A DNA stretch of 63,928 nucleotides, filler included, from Lenisia limosa (taxonomy: Eukaryota > Protista > Breviatea), in assembly GCA_001655205.1 (NCBI GenBank). It is 11 parts of 11 records of this genome, joined end to end, with 100 filler letters (N's around TTAATTAATTAA, not from the genome) between each part and the next. Parts side by side here need not be neighbours in the genome. Positions count along the whole stretch, not along the records: positions 47,966 to 52,496 come from LPNZ01010962.1; positions 52,597 to 54,750 come from LPNZ01009916.1; positions 54,851 to 57,463 come from LPNZ01006292.1; positions 57,564 to 59,961 come from LPNZ01003614.1; 7 more parts are not named here. The stretch is one strand, 5' to 3'. Made by a program: the position numbers and the translations under genes. Below are positions 49,606 to 59,765 of this stretch, in pieces. Within the stretch, counting starts at the first letter, position 1; every line of letters begins with the position of its first letter. Under the pieces are notes generated by a model. The model saw nothing but the letters and a program-made list of their open reading frames with translations. It was not told the origin of the DNA and did not search any database.

Positions 49606-52271
49606 ATGACAGACCTTTGTCTTGAGAGAGTTAATCAGGAGAGAAAACGGTGGAGAAAAGACCATCCAGTGAGCCACTTAAGACTTGGTTTTGCTGAATA
49701 TTGGAGGGTAGATAGACTCCTACACTCATGTCACTTTGGAGTACCTTCCATACCCCCCTCCTGTTGTTGCTTTGTTGCTGTTTTGTTGTTCATCTCTCAT
49801 GAATTGTCCTTTTCACTCCCCCCCCCCCCCNNNNNNNNNNNNNNNNNNNNNNNNNNNNNNNNNNNNNNNNNNNNNNNNNNNACATGTATAACTGGGAGTG
49901 CTTTGTTCCCGGACCCCCGAACGTAGGCATTCGTCATGAAATACCCTCAATCAGTCAATTTGAGCGTCTTCTTGGGCGTATAATTTGCCTCATATTAGGG
50001 CTCCGTGAAATTAATTTATTTAATAAAAGGTGCTTCAGTCACAGTATGTCCCGCTTCAAAATTTTAAATTAATTTCTGAATTAATTGCAGGGGTTCCCAC
50101 TTGGGCTTCACTTCGGTTCGAAAAAGACCTAAATATCGATAGTTTTCGAGGATATCAGTCTTTTTCGAACCGAAGTGAAGCCCTAGTTCTACCTCAAATG
50201 TTTAGTTCAACCGGGTCTTTTTGATCCTAGTTCAATAAAAACAGACTTAACTGCAAAAATGTGATGTCCCTTTGTGGTGAATAGTCCGTCTTTGAGCATA
50301 CAACTTTGTATGTCTTATACGTTTAGTCTCTTTGGGCTGGTGGAAAGTACCGCATTTCAATGAAGTTTGGTAGCGAGTTTGAGGGTAGCGGTAGGGCTTC
50401 ACTTCGGTCCGAAAAAGACTGAATTTTTCGATATATCTCCAAAAACTATCTACTATATGTCATTTGTCTTTTATTTATCGCAGTGAAGTCCTAGTTAGCG
50501 GCTTTGCTGTTGTATAACAGGAGGTATAGTATAACCGGAGGTATAGTATAACATATAACTAGGGCTTTCGTACGTTCCGAAAAAGACCGGTTAATATCGA
50601 TATTTATCGAGGATTTATTGTGAAATGCAGTCTTTTCGTTTTGGTATCATAGGAAGGCCCTAAGTCAAGTATTTGAAATATGATGTGATAATAATACTAT
50701 GTTTAAATAATATCGTGTACTATGTGGAACCGAATGTTAACTAACCCCAAAATACTCTTATGAAATGGGAATTATCTCAATTGCGTTTTATTGTTTTATT
50801 TGCTGTATATATACATGTAATATATCTCTCTGATTTTCAAACAAAATCATTGACTCTATAAGAATCATTATTAATTATCGTATAAATCTCAGTTAACTTA
50901 CAATCCTCAAAACCATTTTCACCTTAAGAATTTTTTTGAAGTAGAAACAATACTGTTGATACTTGGTAACCATCAAAACAAAAGGCAAGATGCATCAAAC
51001 TGACCGCGCTAAGTCCTGACACGAATATGAAGTTTAATCATCAGTCACTTAAAGTTTTACTTGTTCTAAAAACAAAATCGTGATGGTGTGGATGACTTCG
51101 GCCACATATAATCTGATTTTTATTACTCATCACTATATATAAAAATCGCTGTAAATCGTTGAGGAATAACATTCTCCCATTAACGCTTTCAGTTACCCTG
51201 GAAACCCACCTCAGTGCAAATTTGACCCACCGATTTTCCACCGAAACGTGTGGGAAGATGGCCGCATTTGTCTGTCGATCACATCAAAGGGAGACGGCTG
51301 GCAGGGCGGCTCGGGATGGAGCACTTCGATTGGCGTCAAGGAGGTGAGGGGGGGGGGGNNNNNNNNNNNNNNNNNNNNNNNNNNNNNNNNNNNNNNNNNN
51401 NNNNNNNNNNNNNNNNNNNNNNNNNNNNNNNNNNNNNNNNNNNNNNNNNNNNNNNNNNNNNNNNNNNNNNNNNNNNNNNNNNNNNNNNNNNNNNNNNNNN
51501 NNNNNNNNNNNNNNNNNNNNNNNCCCAATTTAGATTCTACTTGCCATCTACGATCTCCTCAATAAGCCTAATCACACCCACTATGCTGGAACTGAGAGTG
51601 CTGCTGTCTATAAGTGGGTGGTTAACTAGATATATTAATGCTATCTTGATTATCTTGATAAATTAATACTATCTTATGGGTTTTATTTGGTGTTTAAACA
51701 ATATCAGACGATCCTCTTAGAGCTATAAATTGCACGTATAAGCTTATGTCTCTAAAAGCGTGGTGGCTTCGGTCAGATGGAACTTGTTTTTTCTCATCTC
51801 TCCATAACTAAAAGTGGGTGCTTTTCTTGATTAATTATTGAATTGAAGTAAGATTAATGTAATCTTGATAAATTGTCGTATTCTATTGGGTGGCTTCTTT
51901 TCTTTTGCCTCTGTCATAATAAAATAATGTGATATTCTTGACATATGTACATATGATATTATATAGTATATTATATGATATAATTATATGTATATCATAT
52001 GTATACTTACAAGTCTCTGAATGGGAGCTCGGTGCAATTAATTTTTTGAGGACATTAATTGACAAAATTGGAAATTAAAGTGTTTGGAACAGGATTCTCG
52101 TAATAATATGTCCGTCTTCAAATTTTGAAACTAAATTTTGCAATTAATTGCTGATGCATTGATGTACATTGTAGTGATGGGAAGCACCTCTATGACGAAC
52201 GTGTGAAGGCCCAAACCGTGGTTTTTACTCCGAATAAGGACGGCAAGGTCCCTGCTGTTCTGGGTGGGTAG
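49606..52271 (+). CDS. UBC9: SUMO-conjugating enzyme UBC9-like E2 (divergent)
   Basis: Exons 49606-49668, (gap)-49922, 50327-50376, 51193-51343, 51534-51613 and 52175-52271 give MTDLCLERVNQERKRWRKDHP...NWECFVPG...LWAGGKYRISMKFGSDYPGNPPQCKFDPPIFHRNVWEDGRICLSI...ILLAIYDLLNKPN...YDERVKAQ. The ERKxWRKDHP and NWEC-xPG motifs are Ubc9-specific. Confidence 0.85.
50103..50183. mobile_element. Family C MITE
   Basis: GGGCTTCACTTCGGTTCGAAAAAGAC...GTCTTTTTCGAACCGAAGTGAAGCCC. Confidence 0.9.
50562..50660. mobile_element. Family C MITE, CCTA-like subtype, TA-flanked
   Basis: ta|GGGCTTTCGTACGTTCCGAAAAAGACC...CATAGGAAGGCCC|ta. Confidence 0.75.
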
Positions 52272-52596
52272 TAATGTGCTTTTTGTTAATGCTATTTATT
52301 TCTTTGCTCATTTCCTCGACGCCAATATTCTTCATCTAATTTCCTTGCCAATATCCATTGCCTTCCCTGATCCCCAATTTCGCGATATTCATCTAAATTT
52401 CCTTCCCACACCCCTTACCCCCGCCCCATCTCACTGGTTCGCAACTGTTTGATACTTTGAGTTATCTCTGGGCTTTGTTCCTATATTTTGCTTTCANNNN
52501 NNNNNNNNNNNNNNNNNNNNNNNNNNNNNNNNNNNNNNNNTTAATTAATTAANNNNNNNNNNNNNNNNNNNNNNNNNNNNNNNNNNNNNNNNNNNN

Positions 52597-53682
52597 CCCT
52601 CGACGCCGTCAACGCCACCACGTACTTTAACAAGACGCCGCACTTCAAAGACCTCTACGGCATGCCACCCGGTATAGACGCTGTCAACATATCCGGCGCC
52701 GTAGAAGGCATCTACGTCAACGGCAAAACGAGGAACTACATGGTTAAGTTCCTGCAGTTCAACGGCCGCCAGCGGATTCGCGACAAGGACGGCATCATGG
52801 CGATGGTCCCTTCCTGCCCTCTGTGCATGTGGACCCTTTGCCCCCGGCCGTGGGGTAACTGGCCCAACTGGACGTGTGCCCACTGCAACCCGGGCCCTTC
52901 CCTCGCCCAAGCCCGCCCCATTAAGAACCCCGTCTGGCCTGCGGCTCCCCCCAACGACTACGGCCTCGACCTCGCCAAGAAATTCCAGGCCTCAGCCCAC
53001 CTACGCAGCCTCGCCCTCACCGCCNNNNNNNNNNNNNNNNNNNNNNNNNNNNNNNNNNNNNNNNNNNNNNNNNNNNNNNNNNNNNNNNNNNNNNNNNNNN
53101 NNNNNNNNNNNNNNNNNNNNNNNNNNNNNNNNNNTGCCATGGCCACGACCGCCAACAACCGCAAGCGCAAGTCACCAGGAAGCCCCGCCCTGCATGCTTC
53201 CCTCTCTCCGGTATGCCACCACTGACCCATTCACAGTCTCTACCTTGCTCCCTCTCACCAACATACAGCCCCAAGACCCTCCAACGATTGATCTCTCAAG
53301 CTACCTTGACGACGACGACGACGACNNNNNNNNNNNNNNNNNNNNNNNNNNNNNNNNNNNNNNNNNNNNNNNNNNNNNNNNNNNNNNNNNNNNNNNNNNN
53401 NNNNNNNNNNNNNNNNNNNNNNNNNNNNNNNCAATTACTAACACCCCACAGTCCTCTCCCGCCGAGACATTTGCCGCCACTACGCCACCGTCTTGCACGC
53501 AGGACTCAGCCACAGATAAGGTACTGTCACCAGCCTCCCTCCCCCCCCTACTCTCCTCTTGCAAACCTGACCCCATTTATCTAACACCACACAGGCTAGT
53601 CAACCCTTGTCCACAATCGAGGCTTAGCTCATCCGTTATGGTCGCCCATTACCATTCCCTCAACCAGTTTTCTTTCTTGTAA
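52597..53682 (+). CDS. GC-rich ORF(s) with a CxxC...CxxC zinc-finger-like motif, basic NLS-like patch and poly-Asp; possibly transposon-encoded
   Basis: The frame is open from the scaffold start: LDAVNATTYFNKTPHFKDLYGMPPG...SCPLCMWTLCPRPWGNWPNWTCAHCNPG...NNRKRKSP. Gaps obscure the frame downstream. Confidence 0.5.
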
Positions 53683-53862
53683 TATGTAGTTTTTTTGGTA
53701 TTCCTCAGTTCCAACACGATTGCCAACCTACCAGCATAGCACATTAGGTATATAAACATATACTATATATATACATTTTTATATATGTATATATATATAT
53801 ATAAATATTTGTGTATATAATTTATTCCTTGGGGGTTTATATAATTTAGTATTAATATTAAA

Positions 53863-54615
53863 GTCATGACGTCACCACCTTTACCTCTGCCAGTCTGCCA
53901 GGTCTGCCAGGCCATTTTCACTNNNNNNNNNNCTTTTCACTCTCTTTATATTTTGTGTATTCCTTAGATATATTTGGTGATGTCATGGCGTCACCACTTT
54001 ACCTCTGCCAGTCTGCCAGGTCTGCCAGGCCATTTTCACTCTCTTTATATTTGTGTATTCCTTAATTATATTTGGTGATGTCATGACGTCACCACCTTTA
54101 CCTCTGCCAGTCTGCCAGGTCTGCCAGGCCATTTTCACTCTCTTTGTATTTTGTGTATTCCTTAATTATATTTGGTGATGTCATGACGTCACCACTTTAC
54201 CTCTGCCAGTCTGCCAGGTCTGCCAGGCCNNNNNNNNNNNNNNNNNNNNNNNNNNNNNNNNNNNNNNNNNNNNNNNNNNNNNNNNNNNNNNNNNNNNNNN
54301 NNNNNNNNNNNNNNNNNNNNNNNNNNNNNNNCAGGTCTGCCAGGCCCATTTCACTTTATGTATATTTATGTACTTAGGTATTTATTTTGTTTGTATACTC
54401 TGCCAGACTGCCAGGTCTGCCAAGCCATTTTCATTGTGTGTATATTTATGTACTTAGGTATATATATTTTATCTCTGCCAGTCTGCCAGGTCTGCCAGGC
54501 CATTTTCATTGTGTGTATATTTGTGTACTTAGGTATATATTATGTTTGTATACTCTGCCAGTCTGCCAGGTCTGCCAGGCCATTTTCATTGTATGTATAT
54601 TTGTGTACTTAGGTA
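53863..54615. repeat. Minisatellite array with conserved core CTCTGCCAGTCTGCCAGGTCTGCCAGGCCATTTTCA
   Basis: At least 8 cores; units of about 100 bp (with GTCATGACGTCAC) change to units of about 75-80 bp. Confidence 0.9.
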
Positions 54616-54649
54616 TATATATTACTATATAAGATACGTTATATACACA

Positions 54650-54750
54650 CATACATACACACACATACATACATACATACATATACATATATACATACAT
54701 ACATACATACATACATACATACATACATACATACATACATACATACATAC
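54650..54750. repeat. (CATA)n microsatellite at the scaffold end
   Basis: Direct reading. Confidence 0.95.
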
Positions 54751-54949
54751 NNNNNNNNNNNNNNNNNNNNNNNNNNNNNNNNNNNNNNNNNNNNTTAATT
54801 AATTAANNNNNNNNNNNNNNNNNNNNNNNNNNNNNNNNNNNNNNNNNNNNAAAATGGGAATTTATAAAAAATCGGGTAAAATCGGGTTTAGTGTCGGTAG
54901 CATATGTATATCCACGGGCACATTGTAAATAGCATGTGTAATAAAAATT

Positions 54950-54992
54950 AGGTAGTATCTGGCCGAAGCCGTCCACATCATCACGCTATAAT
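54950..54992 (-). repeat. Family B hairpin core just downstream of a CFAP54-like exon
   Basis: ATAGCGTGATGATGTGGACGGCTTCGGCCAGATAC on the minus strand. Confidence 0.85.
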
Positions 54993-55009
54993 CATGTACC
55001 CCTCCCCCA

Positions 55010-57325
55010 CGTGACTGTCATTTCCCGCCATAAGTGGCCGAGACTCTTCTGAAGGCGGAACCACATCTAGAATGTTCGGCCGCGGAATAGCGGTGAATCG
55101 GGCTGACACAAATTCTAGGGCTTTTCGCGCCGTAGCCATTTCACCAATTTGCGTACAGGCTTGAGCGAGATATGTGGATGCCTGGGGGGGGGGGGTAAAA
55201 TTNNNNNNNNNNNNNNNNNNNNNNNNNNNNNNNNNNNNNNNNNNNNNNNNNNNNNNNNNNNNNNNNNNNNNNNNNNNNNNNNNNNNNNNNNNNNNNNNNN
55301 NNNNNNNNNNNNNNNNNNNNNNNNNNNNNNNNNNNNNNNNNNNNNNNNNNNNNNNNNNNNNNNNNNNNNNNNNNNNNNNNNNNNNNNNNNNNNNNNNNNN
55401 NNNNNNNNNNNNNNNNNNNNNNNNNNNNNNNNNNNNNNNNNNNNNNNNNNNACATGTTACCTGAAGTATGGCGGGGGCCGATCCTGCACTAAACGGTACT
55501 GAAGACTCCCCTATGTAATGAGAATGTGGGGTCATTGATAATTTCGAATGAAATGCCTGGGAAAAGAATGATTTAGTGTTATAAATGGTATTAGAGTGTA
55601 ATAATAAAATATCAATTCACCCAATCATTTGCCTTACTCTGTGCACACAGTTTTCTGCGTTGCACAGGATACCATATTTTGGAATAAGAAAATATATGAA
55701 ATAAAACTAGGAAAACATAAAAATACATACTTTTTTTAAAAAAAAAAACAAAAAAAACAAACTGTTTGGATATCATAATACCATAAAAACACGTCACAAT
55801 AATAGACCATACATATAACAACCCCCCACCAATCACGCCAATCGGGAGAGTCGAAGAAGCCCGGCCTGGTCCAAGCGATGCTGCCAAACCAAAGTGGTAT
55901 ATCTCCCCAGGTACAAGCCCGGATACGATGAAGACCGGGTCGTGTGTGGGGGCTGCGAGCGTGCCGGGATGGTGCGGGGCTGAGTTGGTTAATACTGTGT
56001 ATGATATGGGCATAACCTTTCTTTCTCCATTATTCTTTTTTAATTTTTATTTTTAGCTTTTCTTATTATTTCGTCTTTTCATGGGGTTTTTCAATCAATT
56101 TGTTTCATTAATTAATCCTCTCTTTGACGATAACTTTATACTTTTAATATTAATTTCTTTTCGCTTTTCTTATTATTTATCAAATTAAGTAACCTCTTTT
56201 ATCATAAAATTTCATTGTTTCACCCCCCCCCCCNNNNNNNNNNNNNNNNNNNNNNNNNNNNNNNNNNNNNNNNNNNNNNNNNNNNNNNNNNNNNNNNNNN
56301 NNNNNNNNNNNNNNNNNNNNNNNNNNNNNNNNNNNNNNNNNNNNNNNNNNNNNNNNNNNNNNNNNNNNNNNNNNNNNNNTCGGCGTTGGCGAGGGTCACG
56401 TTTGTACCGGTTCCTACTGCCTTGCCGTAGAGGCGCCATATGAGGGTCGGCTAGGGGAGGGGAGGTAAATGAAGAAAATTTCGATGAAAAGTACTGGTGT
56501 AATAAAAGTAAATCGAAGGAATTTCGATACTTTCTAATCCCCCCCCCCCCACATCCTTTCAATAGGTCTTTACTAAGATTTCACTTCGGTTTTTAGTCTT
56601 TTTTTGAACCGAAGTGAAGCCCTAGTCTTTACACATTGTGGTACCCCCCCCCCACATCCTTGTTTACAAGTGCGATAGGCGGAGCAAGACATGCCATGTC
56701 ACCACCCCTCCAGAGAAGAACTGGTGCTGGAATATCTCCTCCTAAAGGGGTCAATCCACATAGAGAAATAACGCAAGGTTTTGTTTTTCAAGTTAACTAA
56801 AGGGTGTTATCTTGAAATTGAGGGTTGGTGTAAAGAACACAAGGTATTTCACTTTAGATTGCAAAAAAAAAACGGGAAAATATCGATATGTCTCAGGTAT
56901 TGGTTCGAAATTCAGTCTTTTTTGGGGACCTTGAGTGAAGAAAACACAGGGTTTCATTTTGGGTTCGTCGAACATGATGATGAATTTGATATTACACTAA
57001 TAATAATAATACTGCTATTTATAATTTGATGTTTCTCTTGTAGAAATCGGAAATTGCACGCAAAGTATACACCCCCAACAGCTCATCTAAAAAGGGTGGC
57101 TGCTGTGGTTATAAAATAAAAAGGGATAAAAGTGATATTTGAATGAATACAATTACCAAATAAATTTTTGCAACTAGAGACATTTTCTTAAAGAGCCACC
57201 ACATTTGAACGCAAGCCCGTTTTTCCCACCCATATCTACACAAATTCAAACTCCTAGTCATACCCCCCTCCTACCGGATGACGAAGTTGGCTCGGTGTTC
57301 ATCCACTCCGCGCGCCGGGTCCGGT
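55010..57325 (-). CDS. CFAP54: CFAP54-like ciliary protein, internal fragment
   Basis: In-phase exons give IPAPVLLWR...ACLAP, PTLIWRLYGKAVGTGTNVTLAN, PVFIVSGLVPGEIYHFGLAA...IG and YLAQACTQIGEMATARKA. This follows the CFAP54 motif order as recalled (PPPxLLxR; WYxLYG; FxVxGLxxNExYxFAxAA; FLxQxAxQxG). Confidence 0.65.
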
Positions 57326-57984
57326 CTAAATCCGTGAATTCATGGAATTGCAAACCAGTGAATTGATGGAAGATATCCGTGAATTGATTTCATACCGTTT
57401 ATTAGTATTTTGTAGTTGCTTTCAACCATATTTTGCTAACAATATAATCCAATAACCCCCCCCNNNNNNNNNNNNNNNNNNNNNNNNNNNNNNNNNNNNN
57501 NNNNNNNTTAATTAATTAANNNNNNNNNNNNNNNNNNNNNNNNNNNNNNNNNNNNNNNNNNNNCTGTTGGCTGACAACACACAAGGGTTGCAAACAACAA
57601 AACAAAGCCCAGGCCACGGCATTTCCACGGTTTTTCAAACCGAAGTGAAGCCCTCCCCCCAAACAACCCTTTAGACGACCCCCCACATACCACACGGGTT
57701 GCATTAAGGCTGTACGAGGTTGTTGGCGTTCCAACCAAACTATCGCTTGCACTGTTAAGTAAGAAAAGTGTCGGAGATAATGGGAAAAATGAGTTCGAGA
57801 TGTAAGGTAAAGCTTCACTTCAATCCGAATAAGTCCGGTGAAATATCGATGTTTTCGAAGTTATCGAGAAAAGCAGTTCGAAACGAAGTGAAGCTACAGT
57901 TAGAGTTGTGTTGATGATAGAAGTATGATAGAGATGCATTGAAAGGAAATGGGCGCAAGAGATGAAGTATAGATAGGACACCAC

Positions 57985-59765
57985 CTCCATTCCAACGTTT
58001 TTGGGTCCATTGAAAGCAGTTGAGTGAAAACAGTCACGGCTTTTTCGGGGAGCTTATGCCTGGAATAGCACTAGGGAAATGTAATTAAAACGTGTAAATG
58101 CGAATAATGGTTAAAGTGAAATAGCACCGTGAAATGGGAAGTAAAATTTGGTATCGTAGGTGTCACTTTGGTTGGGTTTACTCTCATAGTACAACCCAGT
58201 AACCCCATTATACACCCGGATACCTGGGCAAGTAAAAGAGCAACTGACGGGCTCTGTGGAGCCAACTTCCCGGCTATCCTGGGGGGTTATATAATTGGAT
58301 TCTGGGGGTGGGCCCCTAATCCAACAACATTATTACTTTATTGGCCTATTTTCCTTAGGAAATCACATTGCAAATCGGTCAAAACTTATCCCGGTCACAG
58401 CACATATATGATATGAATATATCATACAATCACCCCCCCCCCCNNNNNNNNNNNNNNNNNNNNNNNNNNNNNNNNNNNNNNNNNNNNNNNNNNNNNNNNN
58501 TCTATTCAGGTAAAGCAAGCCTCGATGAAGATGTGCGGCAGCGTCCTCATTGTCGAGAACAATTGTAATGGAAAGGTCTGCAAGGGCCTTGTCATTTCGA
58601 CCGAGAGCCTAGGGAGTCAGACGTGTGTGGCTGGATCATAAAGTACACACATACAAAAACAGCTTTATATTCCCCACACNNNNNNNNNNNNNNNNNNNNN
58701 NNNNNNNNNNNNNNNNNNNTTGAAGTACACCAGAGGCAGGGATGGGTCTATAGCACCGGCCAAATTGAAGTCATTCAGCTGGGGGGAGGGGACAGGTAAA
58801 TTAGCAATAGTTTAAAGGATTTATCGAGAAATTCAGTCTTTTTCCAACCTCTCTCCAATTGTTCGAAAGCTAACCCCTCTCACAGCATTTTCAAGCGCAT
58901 GACGAGCGAATTTGAATGAGCCTCTCATCAAAATAGCTGTGACATGCTTGGGATTGTTCTAAACAGGTAATGATTTTTGTTTCCCTAAAAAACAACTCCT
59001 TTTTAGACAAATCCATAATGGGGAGTAAAAAAATTTATGTAACAAAAAAAAAAGAAGCCAAAATCAACTTTGGCTGACAACACACAAGGGTTGATAACAA
59101 CAAAACACAGAAAGGCCAGGCCAGTCGCTTCTGCAGCACTGCATCCCATCACTCCAGCGTACCATAATGGTGGTAATTTTTAACANNNNNNNNNNNNNNN
59201 NNNNNNNNNNNNNNNNNNNNNNNNNNNNNNNNNNNNNNNNNNNNNNNNNNNNNNNNNNNNNNNNNNNNNNNNNNNNNNNNNNNNNNNNNNNNNNNNNNNN
59301 NNNNNNNNNNNNNNNNNNNNNNNNNNNNNNNNNNNNNNNNNNNNNNNNNNNNNNNNNNNNNNNNNNNNNNNNNCGCCTGAGCTCTCAATAGGAATGCTTC
59401 GGCCTAAAACGGTCAGGATATAACTTTCTTATTAGGTAGGAGTTAAGGGGGTGGGGGTGGGGGTTAGGGTTAGTCTTCATAATAATCACTTTATTCGATT
59501 ACCAAATAACACCAGGCATGTTGCTGTTTTTACAAAAGAAAACACAACATCAAAGGAGTATCAATAAAATAGAATAATAATAATAATAAGAATAATTAAT
59601 TAATAAATAAATAATAAATAACAAAATCAGCACCCAACGTACCAAGCCAGGTTGCTGTTGAAGAACGAAAGTGGTGTCAGCAAGAGCGCTGTGCCCTCTT
59701 TCAGGGGACGACTTGGCAAGCTGAAACTGTGAAAACGCGGAAGACTTGCAAATGTGCAAACGGTA
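57985..59765 (-). CDS. TPR-repeat protein fragment (TTC6-like)
   Basis: Exons give QQQPGL|AEAFLLRAQA, AILMRGSFKFARHALENA|LNDFNLAGAIDPSLPLVYF, ALGRNDKALADLSITIVLDNEDAAAHLHRGLLYL and APQSPSVALLLAQ|CYSRHKLPEKAVTVFTQLLSMDP. Confidence 0.75.
59037..59158 (-). repeat. Family A element, near-consensus copy
   Basis: TGGAGTGATGGGATGCAGTGCTGCAGAAGCGACTGGCCTGGCC...TATCAACCCTTGTGTGTTGTCAGCCAAAGTTGATTTTGGC...CATAAATTTT. Confidence 0.85.

Noticed and set aside
53863-54615. CRISPR-like array (conserved core with intervening sequence)
   Set aside because: The spacers are near-copies of one another, there are no cas genes and the context is eukaryotic: a minisatellite.
8860-58500. N-containing long ORFs, and gaps next to poly-C/G
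   Set aside because: The ORF length is an artefact of N runs. Many gaps abut the C-runs of family A or donor G-runs, consistent with assembly failure at homopolymers, so run lengths and phases there are unreliable.
59395-59412. GCTTCGGCC as an antisense family B copy
   Set aside because: It is the reverse complement of the TPR exon start (AG|GCC GAA GCA); no other B sequence is present.
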